A DNA stretch of 64,000 nucleotides from Eledone cirrhosa (lineage: Eukaryota). Below are positions 30,001-40,520 of this stretch, piece by piece (position 1 is the first letter of the stretch; each line of letters opens with the position of its first letter). The DNA is taken from assembly GCA_964016885.1 (NCBI GenBank), contig OZ024740.1:1488001-1552000 (forward strand), read 5' to 3'. Under the pieces are notes generated by a model, which searched no databases, was not told the DNA's origin, and saw only the letters and a list, made by a program, of their open reading frames with translations. Both the position numbers and the translations under genes were made by a program.

Positions 30001-32855
30001 CTGTAGAAATATGGAAATAAAAGGGTTAGTCACATTCTTTACCTGTCTAACAGATACATTTACAGAATGTCTGACCTGTAGAAATATGGAAATAAAAGGG
30101 TTAGTCACATTCTTTACCTGTTTAACAGATACATTTACAGAATGTCTGACCTGTAGAAATATGGAAATAAAAGGGTTAGTCACATTCTTTACCTGTCTAA
30201 CAGATACATTTACAGAATGTCTGACCTGTAGAAATATGGAAATAAAAGGGTTAGTCACATTCTTTACCTGTCTAACAGATACATTTACAGAATGTCTGAC
30301 CTGTAGAAATATGGAAATAAAAGGGTTAGTCACATTCTTTACCTGTTTAACAGATACATTTACAGAATGTCTGACCTGTAGAAATATGGAAATAAAAGGG
30401 TTAGTCACATTCTTTACCTGTCTAACAGATACATTTACAGAATGTCTGACCTGTAGAAATATGGAAATAAAAGGGTTAGTCACATTCTTTAACTGTCTAA
30501 CAGATACATTTACAGAATGTCTGACCTGTAGAAATATGGAAATAAAAGGGTTAGTCACATTCTTTACCTGTCTAACAGATACATTTACAGAATGTCTGAC
30601 CTGTAGAAATATGGAAATAAAAGGGTTAGTCACATTCTTTACCTGTCTAACAGATACATTTACAGAATGTCTGACCTGTAGAAATATGGAAATAAAAGGG
30701 TTAGTCACATTCTTTACCTGTCTAACAGATACATATACAGAATGTCTGACCTGTAGAAATATGGAAATAAAAGGGTTAGTCACATTCTTTACCTGTCTAA
30801 CAGATACATTTACAGAATGTCTGACCTGTAGAAATATGGAAATAAAAGGGTTAGTCACATTCTTTACCTGTCTAACAGATACATTTACAGAATGTCTGAC
30901 CTGTAGAAATATGGAAATAAAAGGGTTAGTCACATTCTTTACCTGTCTAACAGATACATTTACAGAATGTCTGACCTGTAGAAATATGGAAATAAAAGGG
31001 TTAGTCACATTCTTTACCTGTCTAACAGATACATTTACAGAATGTCTGACCTGTAGAAATATGGAAATAAAAGGGTTAGTCACATTCTTTACCTGTCTAA
31101 CAGATACATTTACAGAATGTCTGACCTGTAGAAATATGGAAATAAAAGGGTTAGTCACATTCTTTACCTGTCTAACAGATACATTTACAGAATGTCTGAC
31201 CTGTAGAAATATGGAAATAAAAGGGTTAGTCACATTCTTTACCTGTCTAACAGATACATTTACAGAATGTCTGACCTGTAGAAATATGGAAATAAAAGGG
31301 TTAGTCACATTCTTTACCTGTCTAACAGATACATTTACAGAATGTCTGACCTGTAGAAATATGGAAATAAAAGGGTTAGTCACATTCTTTACCTGTCTAA
31401 CAGATACATTTACAGAATGTCTGACCTGTAGAAATATGGAAATAAAAGGGTTAGTCACATTCTTTACCTGTCTAACAGATACATTTACAGAATGTCTGAC
31501 CTGTAGAAATATGGAAATAAAAGGGTTAGTCACATTCTTTACCTGTCTAACAGATACATTTACAGAATGTCTGACCTGTAGAAATATGGAAATAAAAGGG
31601 TTAGTCACATTCTTTACCTGTCTAACAGATACATTTACAGAATGTCTGACCTGTAGAAATATGGAAATAAAAGGGTTAGTCACATTCTTTACCTGTCTAA
31701 CAGATACATTTACAGAATGTCTGACCTGTAGAAATATGGAAATAAAAGGGTTAGTCACATTCTTTACCTGTCTAACAGATACATTTACAGAATGTCTGAC
31801 CTGTAGAAATATGGAAATAAAAGGGTTAGTCACATTCTTTACCTGTCTAACAGATACATTTACAGAATGTCTGACCTGTAGAAATATGGAAATAAAAGGG
31901 TTAGTCACATTCTTTACCTGTCTAACAGATACATTTACAGAATGTCTGACCTGTAGAAATATGGAAATAAAAGGGTTAGTCACATTCTTTACCTGTCTAA
32001 CAGATACATTTACAGAATGTCTGACCTGTAGAAATATGGAAATAAAAGGGTTAGTCACATTCTTTACCTGTCTAACAGATACATTTACAGAATGTCTGAC
32101 CTGTAGAAATATGGAAATAAAAGGGTTAGTCACATTCTTTACCTGTCTAACAGATACATTTACAGAATGTCTGACCTGTAGAAATATGGAAATAAAAGGG
32201 TTAGTCACATTCTTTACCTGTCTAACAGATACATTTACAGAATGTCTGACCTGTAGAAATATGGAAATAAAAGGGTTAGTCACATTCTTTACCTGTCTAA
32301 CAGATACATTTACAGAATGTCTGACCTGTAGAAATATGGAAATAAAAGGGTTAGTCACATTCTTTACCTGTCTAACAGATACATTTACAGAATGTCTGAC
32401 CTGTAGAAATATGGAAATAAAAGGGTTAGTCACATTCTTTACCTGTCTAACAGATACATTTACAGAATGTCTGACCTGTAGAAATATGGAAATAAAAGGG
32501 TTAGTCACATTCTTTACCTGTCTAACAGATACATTTACAGAATGTCTGACCTGTAGAAATATGGAAATAAAAGGGTTAGTCACATTCTTTACCTGTCTAA
32601 CAGATACATTTACAGAATGTCTGACCTGTAGAAATATGGAAATAAAAGGGTTAGTCACATTCTTTACCTGTCTAACAGATACATTTACAGAATGTCTGAC
32701 CTGTAGAAATATGGAAATAAAAGGGTTAGTCACATTCTTTACCTGTCTAACAGATACATTTACAGAATGTCTGACCTGTAGAAATATGGAAATAAAAGGG
32801 TTAGTCACATTCTTTACCTGTCTAACAGATACATTTACAGAATGTCTGACCTGTA
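1..32855. repeat. 75-bp tandem satellite array, about 438 monomers in the window, open at the left edge; consensus AGAAATATGGAAATAAAAGGGTTAGTCACATTCTTTACCTGTCTAACAGATACATTTACAGAATGTCTGACCTGT
   Basis: Exact 75-bp periodicity from position 1 to the last CTGTA at 32851-32855. Monomers differ by 0 to a few substitutions, and I saw about 7 small indels between 17.3 and 28.4 kb. Confidence 0.99.
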
Positions 32856-32895
32856 AATGGAGGTAAAGAATAAAATAACGAATGAAGCTACAAAA

Positions 32896-33255
32896 GTTGT
32901 TGTTGTTGGTGGTGGTGGTGGTGGTGTTGTTGGTGTTGTTGTATTTGTTGTTGTTGGTGGTGGTGTTGTTGTTGGTGTTGCTGATGCTGCTATTGTTGTT
33001 GTTGATGGTGGTGCTGGTGGTGTTGTTGATGATGGTGTTGGTAGTGGTGGTGGTGTTGTTGATGATGGTGGTGGTGATGGTAGTGGTGGTGTTGTTGATG
33101 ATGGTGGTGTTGGTGGTGGTGGTGGTGTTGTTGTTGCTGCTGTTGATGCTGCTGCTATTGGTGGTGGTGGTGGTGTTGATGATGGTGGTGGTGGTGGTGG
33201 TGGTGGTGGTGGTGGTGGTGGTGGTGCTGCTGCTGCTATTGTTGTTGTTGTTGTT
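32896..33255. repeat. Compound (GGT/GTT/GAT/GCT)n trinucleotide microsatellite
   Basis: Directly visible. It explains the poly-V/G/L ORFs at 32857-33292. Confidence 0.97.
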
Positions 33256-33352
33256 CCTAATTAGTGACCAAAGATCTGTTGAATGCTTGTAACAACAACA
33301 ACAAGATGATGTAGTCATGTTGAAATTGCTAATTGATAAATATCCTTTGTAG

Positions 33353-33472
33353 ATGTGGCTGGATGCTTTTAAAGAACACATCGACTACACAAACCATTAT
33401 ATGAACCAAGGTGTATGTACAAGTGATGAGGAGAAAGATGATTACATTGGGAACCTAAAAGATTCACTGATG
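33353..33472 (+). CDS. OSBPL1A: Internal 120-nt phase 0-0 coding exon of an oxysterol-binding-protein-related protein 1 (ORP1L-like) gene: MWLDAFKEHIDYTNHYMNQGVCTSDEEKDDYIGNLKDSLM
   Basis: Acceptor atcctttgtAG (AG at 33351-33352), with branch-like gCTAAT at ~33329-33333. 40 open codons, then donor ATG|GTATAT at 33473. The peptide matches my recollection of the human ORP1L PH C-terminal helix/linker (WLEAIEEHSAYSTHYCSQDQLTDEEEEDTVSAADLKKSLE): WL.A..EH..Y..HY..Q....DEE.......LK.SL. The homology is from memory, not from a search. Confidence 0.78.
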
Positions 33473-33614
33473 GTATATATTATATACGTACTTGTGACTT
33501 AGTTTACTAGAGTGTGTTTATATGTATTTGTTATTGTACTTGTGTATATATTTATTTATTTATATTTCCCTCAAGTTAGTATTGTTTGTTTGGGTATGGT
33601 TGTTGTTATTCCAT

Positions 33615-34010
33615 TCATTTTTTTCTTTTTAATTTTGGTCTTCTAAGCTCTATCTCTGTTGCTTCTCTGATTTGCCTACCTGTTGAGTCATTTCTATGTT
33701 TAGATATTATTTTAACTTCTATGTTGTCTATGTTACCGTCATGTTGTTGTCTGGCGTGTTCGTATAGTACTGAACCGTTTTTTGTCCTTTTAGTTTCCCT
33801 CTGTGTTGGTCTATTCTTTCTCCTTTGCTTCGAGCTGTCTCACTTATGTATGTCATTGTCATGTTTCTGCAAGTACCCTCTGTACATCTTATGCTATAGA
33901 CTACATTTCTAGTATTACAGTTTATCTGGGGGTTCATTTTACATATAACACATTTCTTATTAGTACAGTGGGTTTTCTTAATGGCGTAGACATTACAGTA
34001 CAATACTTGT
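33615..34010 (-). mobile_element. Decayed Penelope-like element fragment: GIY-YIG (Uri) endonuclease with Cys-rich linker
   Basis: ORF 34003-33728 reads C..KKCVIC...INCNTRNVVYSIRC...C....YISETARSKGERIDQH (VVY...YIG-ET.R....R...H pattern). After a frameshift it continues IDNIEVKIISK...RQIREATEIELRRPKL, the typical R.I.EA..I....P.L end. Boundaries are approximate and it may extend toward 34320. Confidence 0.8.
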
Positions 34011-34335
34011 AACTTATTTGCTATAAATTGTTTTGTCTCTTGTATCTAACTCCACAAGGACAGTGTTTGGCTGTGTTAGACGCTGTGAGTAGCAGTACCA
34101 GTGGCAGGGGTCAAAACTGCCAAAGTCCACCTCAATGGCTAATGACCATGGAGTTCTGTACCCTTCGTTTGTATTTTTATCTTGTTTTAATAATTTTTTA
34201 AGGTTCCCCTTAAAAAATTGTTTTTCATTCATTGTCCTCTCTTGGTTATTTTAAAAATTTATATATGTATTACTTCTATTCTTCCATTCTTACATGTTGA
34301 GGTATATGTCTTTTATTATATGATGGATTGTTATT

Positions 34336-34447
34336 GGATTGGCAGAATCAGTAGAGCGTCGGACACCATGCTTCGTGACATAATGTTGCGGCCCTTTACG
34401 TTCTGAGTTCAAATCCCGCTGTGGTTAGCTTTGCTTTTCATCCTTCA
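34336..34447 (+). mobile_element. tRNA-derived SINE fragment (Octopus-type), 5' part
   Basis: A-box-like TGGCAGAATCAG and B-box-like GAGTTCAAATCC, followed by TTTGCTTTTCATCCTT. Collinear with a second copy at 37489-37650. Confidence 0.75.
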
Positions 34448-35139
34448 ATGCTTCTGTGACCGGTGAAAGAAGAGAGATAGTTATCCTCAGATACGAGTCA
34501 TGGTCCAAATACGTACAATAAACTGGACTCTGAGCGCCAGATGGCCATGTACAACTGGACAACAGGTTAAGTCTGCTACCCAAGATCAGATACAGTCCAA
34601 CTGACAGGTTTTCATACAGTTTCTCTTTACTAAAAATTTTTTGGATGTCTCTGTTGACTAAGATCTTGCAAGGGAAACAATCTTGCTTCATAAAGGTTCG
34701 GAAATCTCACCGAAGCTTGGTTAATGAATTACAAGGGAAAGGATTTTCTTATTCCATAGAGGTGTGGGTTTTTACACTAAAATCTGTGCTGGCATATGAC
34801 TTATAAGAGACATAAATTCCGTTTCATTAGAGGCATAAGAAATGGATGAAAATCTGGGTAGGAAGGGAGATAATCTTATTGTTTCGTGTCCAGTTTTGTC
34901 ATAAATATATAATTCTAATCTTAATCTAAATCACAACAACCAGTGTTTATATCCTTTGGCTATTATATGAAGCAATTCTCCTGGATAGATCGAAAGCTTA
35001 TTGTCTTTAACTTTTAGTATTGAATTGAACTTAGTAGCTACCAAAATGCTTATTAATTTTTCATTAGTGCTTGCAACATACAACAGAGAATTGAACCAGT
35101 GTATTGCACAAACCAACAATGGAACCTCTATGTCTCTGC

Positions 35140-35345
35140 TTGACATACTAGGAATAGCAACCAAATCACACAGTACTGTATTAAAACAAGGATCTGTCAG
35201 AAATAACATATTACAGTCTTAAAACAAGAACACATTAGACAATGTAATCCTAAATATTGTGTAGTTGAAAAACCAACAAAGACAGGATGGTCATGGCTGG
35301 AATACCTTTTGATCATAGCATAACTGCTTAACCAGAGCTGATCTT
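35140..35345 (+). repeat. Unclassified interspersed repeat fragment; related copy at ~35670-35757
   Basis: acatactaggaatagcaaccaaatcacac...aagaacacattagacaatg resembles acatgctagaaatagaagcc...caaatcacacc...aagaacacattggataata. Confidence 0.55.
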
Positions 35346-35371
35346 AACATAGTTAGGACTTTCTAAACTCT

Positions 35372-35535
35372 GTCTCAAGCCCAAAGGCTCATCAGGCCAT
35401 TGCTTATTCTGGTTTCCGTGGTGTGAAGCAACTGAGAGTACATGACTCCACCCCTGGACAGGAAACCAGTCTATCGCAGGGTTAATCCCCAACTATTACT
35501 GGTACTCATTTTCAGCTGAGTACACTGCAGCAATG
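35372..35535 (-). mobile_element. SINE internal/3' fragment with a V-domain-like motif
   Basis: The minus strand reads CCCTGCGATAGACTGGTTTCCTGTCCAGGGGTGGAGT...GCTTCACACCACGGAAACCAGAATAAGC. This resembles the CCTGCGATGGACTGG...TGTCCAGGG motif of invertebrate/fish SINEs as I recall it. Confidence 0.55.
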
Positions 35536-35669
35536 TATACTCAAATAATTGGTGCTTACGTGTCTAAGGTCAAGTTTGTGGAAGAGTTCTAAGAGAACAC
35601 AAACATTTACAAATCTATCCAACCCATTATCTTACAAAGAACTGGAATGAGAGAACTTCCCCATAATCA

Positions 35670-35757
35670 CTCTACATGCTAGAAATAGAAGCCAGAACCT
35701 CTTCAAATCACACCCTACCATCTTTAAAAAAGGAAGAACACATTGGATAATATAGTT
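35670..35757 (+). repeat. Unclassified interspersed repeat fragment (second copy of the 35140-35345 family)
   Basis: Within-window similarity to ~35140-35250. Confidence 0.5.
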
Positions 35758-36274
35758 ATAGAAGCAAAGTCTGAGAAATCAGGTAAAATAGTCATGAATC
35801 TAACAGTTTCAATCATAGGTCTGTTCAACCAAAGATGACTTTGTATTAAACAACAGCAAGGAGGGGTGTGTGAACTAATATCAAAATTATTAGCAGGGGG
35901 GGGGGTCAATGATATGAGTTACTTCCCTTGTATTGTTGATTAGTGTTGAAGGATTATTTTAATTATTATTTCAGAATGTTATTTCGAGAAGAATAGCGCT
36001 GCTATATTTTTTTAGGGCCTTAGGTACCCTGAGAGTTTTTAGAGCCCTTTAAGGCTCTGATATTTGTTAGGGCCTTTGAGCCCCTAAGATTTTTTCTTTC
36101 TTTTTACTGTTTAGTCTAGAACTCTGAGACAGGTGTGATAGGTGGAGGAAGATATCTTCAGAGACCCTAAAAAAAGTGTCAACTAGGGAACTTGGCCTGA
36201 ATGCTTGTAACATAGTGGATTTCACTAAAGGCATTCAAGGGCCAAGTGGTGGTGTTAAACAGGGCCACCAAGTA

Positions 36275-36608
36275 AGTCTACCACTTAAGTAGAAGCAGAA
36301 ACTAGGTTTAAGAGGAATCTGAGGTGGTGTACAGAAGAGAAGACTGCGTTGATATGGACATGTGATGAGCATGACAATGACCGTTGGTTGAAGAAGTGCC
36401 AGGAAATCCCAGTGGAAGAAAGCTACAGTATAGGCTGACCGAGAAGGACATGGGCAGAGGTTGTTAGAGCTGACCTGAGATCACTAAGGCTCGCAGAGAA
36501 GATGACAAAGGATTGCGACAATTTGAGAGATGCTGTGCTGAAAAGGACCCACCCAACCCATGCAAGCATAGAAAACGGACGTAAAAACGACGATGATGAT
36601 GATGATGA
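36275..36608 (+). mobile_element. 3' end of an RTE-clade LINE, 5'-truncated and decayed, with (GAT)n tail
   Basis: Translation KLGLRGI*GGVQKRRLR*YGHVM / DRWLKKCQEIPVEE...G*PRRTWAEVVRADL matches the RTE RLRWYGHV...GRPRKTW...V..DL C-terminus. It ends in GACGATGATGATGATGATGA. Confidence 0.85.
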
Positions 36609-37241
36609 ATGCAAAGAGTTGGAACATGGTCTGATACTCTAACAGTTTTACCAAACAAATACTCTCGACTCCTACTTTTATTTTATTGACCACAAAAGGA
36701 GGAAAGACAAAGTTGGCCCCAAAGTTGACCCTAGCAAGGTTTGAACTTAGGAAACCGAGCGCACTTGTCTGAAACATATCAAAATTATTGAGGGTTTAAA
36801 GGTCAATGTCATTGAGTTATGTCCCTTTTCATGGAGATGCTGGATTGTTTTATCAGTATTTATGAATATATCAGTTGAGGAAGGGCACTGACTGATAACC
36901 TCTTTTTTTTTCAGGGTTCCCAGATTGGGGAAGGAGGAGTGGGAGTTATCTTCAGATTAAAAGTCTAGGCTTCATCAGCTGATTAACTTATTAAAAAACC
37001 TCAGTCCCTCTTATATGTGATGTATAAACGTAATCTAAATAAATAAATACATAGTGTTATAAATAAGTCAAGAAATGGTACTCCTTTCTGGCAATAGAAT
37101 CACATTTCTCTGATCCTGGATATATTTGAAGCTAATTCAGAACTGCACTAAATGAACTCAACAGTGAGGTGGTGATGCCAAACCTTTAAATTGAGCCAAG
37201 GATTAAGTCTATCACTCAAGAAAATTATCAGTAGTCCTTCT

Positions 37242-37377
37242 GGCAAGCTTCCACATAGTTTCTGTCTACCAAATTTCACTCAGGTTAATATAAAAGACAC
37301 TTGTCCAAGGTACCACAGAACAGAGTTGAACTGAAGATCATGTAGCTGTGAAGCAAAGGTCTTATCAGCAGTCATGG
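37242..37377 (-). mobile_element. tRNA-derived SINE fragment (Octopus-type), reverse orientation
   Basis: The + strand reads AAGCTTCCACATAGTTTCTGTCTACCAAATTTCACTCA...AAGACACTTGTCCAAGGTACC...GAGTTGAAC. This is the reverse of a B-box plus CTTGGRCAAGTGTCTT SINE core. Confidence 0.65.
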
Positions 37378-37488
37378 TCAAAATTGATAATAGGATCAAC
37401 TTGCTGTAGGTAATTTTGGATTTGGTAGAAGGTGGTTTGGATTTGTGTTAAGCAGTGTTGGATTTAGGCATAAGCTAAACAAGCTACT

Positions 37489-37650
37489 GGCAGCAAATTG
37501 GCAGAGTTGTTAGAACATCAGATAGAATGCTTTATCGTATTCGTTCCGGCTCTCTTCTCACTGAGTTTAAATCCTGCCGAGGTGAACAGTGACTTTCGTC
37601 CTTTCGAGGTCGATTACAAAAAGTACCACTCTAGTACTGGGGTCGATTTG
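37489..37650 (+). mobile_element. tRNA-derived SINE (Octopus-type), same family as 34336-34447
   Basis: TGGCAGAGTTGTTAG...CTGAGTTTAAATCCTGCCGAGGTGAAC...TTTCGTCCTTTCGAGGTCGAT...AAGTACCA...TACTGGGGTCGAT. Confidence 0.75.
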
Positions 37651-37762
37651 TCCTCTAATCTCTCTCTCTCACTTTCTCTATCCTTCTGTGGAAGAAATCT
37701 GCTGTATTCAGGCCTGGAGAGGAGATGGGTTCCACCAGGTTTAAAAAATACCTATTTTAAAC

Positions 37763-37861
37763 TGGAAGTCTTGTCAATGAAATTTAATGGAGGGAAACTG
37801 AGTGGAAACTCATCATGTATGTTTGTGTCTGTGTGTGTTTGTTTGTGTCTGTGTTTGCATA

Positions 37862-37923
<62 letters not shown>

Positions 37924-38115
37924 TGTGTGTATGTCTCTCTGAATCTCTGCATGTGTGTCCATCTCTGAGTTCACATTTCCACTGTTAAACAGCCAGTAAC
38001 TTAGCAGTTCAACAAATAGAGATTGATGAAATATGTACCAGATTCTAAACCCTTGAAAGTGGTGCTCCAGCATGGCTGTTATCCAATGAATAAAACTAGT
38101 AAATGGATAAAAAGA
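37763..38115 (+). mobile_element. SINE body/3' end carrying an internal (TG)n microsatellite (~37820-37935)
   Basis: GTCTTGTCAATGAAATTT..GGAAACTG..GGAAAC, then (TG)n, then GTAACTTAGCAGTTC...GGTGCTCCAGCATGGC...AAACTAGTAAA. The left part is complementary to the 37242-37280 fragment. Family recognised from memory. Confidence 0.6.
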
Positions 38116-38689
38116 ATTACTGAGAAAAATTACTCAGTCACGCCATCCACATGAAAAAAATAATAGTTAAATTAGTTCTCGTATATTTAACGTGATGATC
38201 AATGAAAAGACTAATTAGAAATAATCAGAAATTATGAGGTAAAGACAATAATAGTTAATGACTTTGGTGGAAATGCCTTTGCAGTTTTGTCTGTGGGGTG
38301 CAGCCCAAACACTACCCCACTCTAGGCCCAGAGCTCACAACCTCCATCTCTCTCCTTTCTGTAACCCTAGAGTCCTTTCTTTTTACCTCTTTCCCTCTCA
38401 TTTATGGCATTTATAGTCCTTTCCTCTACTTTTCCACACAACCAGATCTGCCCTTCTTTACCTCTTCCCCATTTTCTCATTACTTAATTTTGTTTTTATC
38501 TTTCTTATTCATATTTATGTAATCATCAATGGTTTTTAAGCCAATTTTGTGAGTGAAATACATGTATTAAGAATAAACATTTATTTTATTAGTGGAGTAC
38601 TCTTTGTTGCAAACATTTAGTCCAAAACTGTTTGGTCTGAGAATAGTTTCTTCTCATCCTCGGCTGACTAAATAAATAGACGCCTCTGA

Positions 38690-40350
38690 CATCAAATTGT
38701 ATTACAACTATGGAATTTACACCTGCAATACTGCGACGTCACCTTAAAAATGAATGCAGCCATGCCTCTCCTGGTCTTGATGGTGTTACATACCTACTTC
38801 TCAAACGTGGTGGGTACTTCCTTCTGCACTCTTCTTTCTGAACAACAGTGCTACTCCAGAACAGTGGAAAACTGCCAGTGTCATTCCTCTGTTCAAAAAG
38901 GGTGACTGCACATCACCTGTCAACTATTGTCCAGTCAGTCTCACTAGCTGCATTGCCAAACTGATGGAATCCTGTGTCAGAGAAACACTCTAGAACTTCT
39001 GGAACTCTCACAGTGTTATCTAGTCCTCGCAATTTGGATTTATCCCTAACTCCAGCTGTTGTGATCAACTTATCGAGTTCCTTGAAGACATTACCCGGAT
39101 CACTGACAGCAGCTCATGGGTGGATGTTGTTTACCTTGACTTTGCTAAAGCTTTCAATTCTGTGCCACACAAAAGACTTATGGCGAAACTCTCTGCAATG
39201 GGTGTGAAGGATGATCTTTTTAACTGGTTGAAGTCCTTCATTCTCAGTCAAAAAGAGGTAGTCACATTTCTAGGACAGGATTCCTCACCATATGAGAAGT
39301 CATCTGGTGTACCACAGGGATCTGTTCTTGGTCCTCTTTTGTTTGTGGCATATATTAATGACATAGATGCCAACTTAAAGAATACCACAGTACTGAAGTA
39401 TGCAGATGACATCAAGCTGTACCTTGAGATAAAAAGGACAGATCCTGAACACTAGAGATCTTTCCTGTAATCTGACCTGGACACAATGCAACAATGGATC
39501 ACAGACTGGCAACTGAAGCTGGCTGTGGACAAGTGCACCACCATGCATTTTGGGAGTAAAAACCCAGCGTCCTCATACTCCCTCCACAACATTGATATCA
39601 AGAAGTCTTGTGAACGTGACCGGGGCATTACTGTCAGCAGTGATTTGCGTTGGACGAAGCACGTCTCTAAAATTGTCAAGAAGGCCGAGGGTGTCTTAGT
39701 ATCACTCAGCAAGACCTTTGTTAGCCGCTCTCCAGCTATCTATTTAAAGCTGTATATAGCTATGGTGCAACCACACTTAGAATTTGCATCACCAGTCTGG
39801 AACCCCTATCTTGCTCAGAACATTGACCTCCTGGAAACTGTTCAGAGACATGTAACCAAGCAAATACCCTCCAACAGGCATCTACCATACTCTGAATGCC
39901 TTGCTTTCCTAGGCATCGATACATTGAATCTCCGACGTCTGGCAACTGACTTGGTAATCACCACAAAATTAATAACCATCTTGCCAACAACAACCCTGAG
40001 TACCTTTTTGATTTCCATGTGTCTAACACACGCGGGCATGCCTGCACAGTTCCCATGACATTTGGAAACATTTTTTTCATGTTCAGAGTTGCTGAAGCAT
40101 GGAACAAACTACCTGCATCAGTTGTTAGCTGTTGAGACATTGCATCCTTTAAAACCTCCATGCTTCCTGAGATTCGCCAACACTACACCTGATGTTCCCC
40201 CTCCATACACATACACACATGTATATCATGACTCATACACTGTTCATTTTCCTGACATTTGAACATTATTCTATGTACTATACATGCACCTTTGATGAGT
40301 TGTAGTGCACCTGAACACTGTACACAATAATTTCATTATTATTATTATTA
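38690..40350 (+). mobile_element. 5'-truncated, decayed CR1-type (CR1/L2 group) non-LTR retrotransposon: reverse transcriptase, 3' UTR and (ATT)n tail
   Basis: SPGLDG, W..ASVIPLFKKGD...NYCPVSLTS..AKLME, DVVYLDFAKAFNSVPH, GVPQGSVLGPLLF..YINDI, YADD, W...WQLKL...KC, LY..MVQPHLEFASPVWNPY...LE.VQR, with stops and frameshifts. Ends in TTCATTATTATTATTATTA at ~40350. Confidence 0.93.
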
Positions 40351-40520
40351 TAAATATACACATAAACAAACATATATATAGATCAATCACTCACCACTGC
40401 CACCACTACACACCACCACACCCCACAAAGACAATTTTCAATCACCTGTTCTCTGACAGATAAAAGGTTCAATGTTCTTATAGAGTTGTTTTTTTTCTAA
40501 TTAATAAATTTAATAAATTA

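Noticed and set aside
1-32855. CRISPR-like array
   Set aside because: No unique spacers and no cas genes; the context is eukaryotic.
7-32866. Giant + strand ORFs (MEIKGLVTFFTCLTDTFTECLTCRN)n and minus-strand ORFs (VRHSVNVSVRQVKNVTNPFISIFLQ)n as repeat-protein genes
   Set aside because: A 75-bp unit is a multiple of 3, so any stop-free frame becomes a huge ORF, and one or two open frames out of six is unremarkable. Copies are nearly identical with no synonymous bias, and stop variants (TGA at 8926, 16876, 20627) were amplified along with the higher-order blocks.
32857-33292. Gly/Val-rich and Leu/Val-rich ORFs
   Set aside because: Translations of the trinucleotide microsatellite.
34336-34447. 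tRNA gene
   Set aside because: A/B-box-like motifs without a cloverleaf, and related diverged copies nearby indicate a SINE.
34425-35222. Short ORFs at 34425-34691, 34931-35209 and 35001-35222
   Set aside because: No recognisable motif; they overlap repeat fragments.
36900-36970. Strong-looking acceptor tcttttttttttcAG as a next OSBPL1A exon
   Set aside because: The phase-0 reading GSQIGEGGVGVIFRLKV* hits a stop, has no clear donor and shows no ORP1 similarity.
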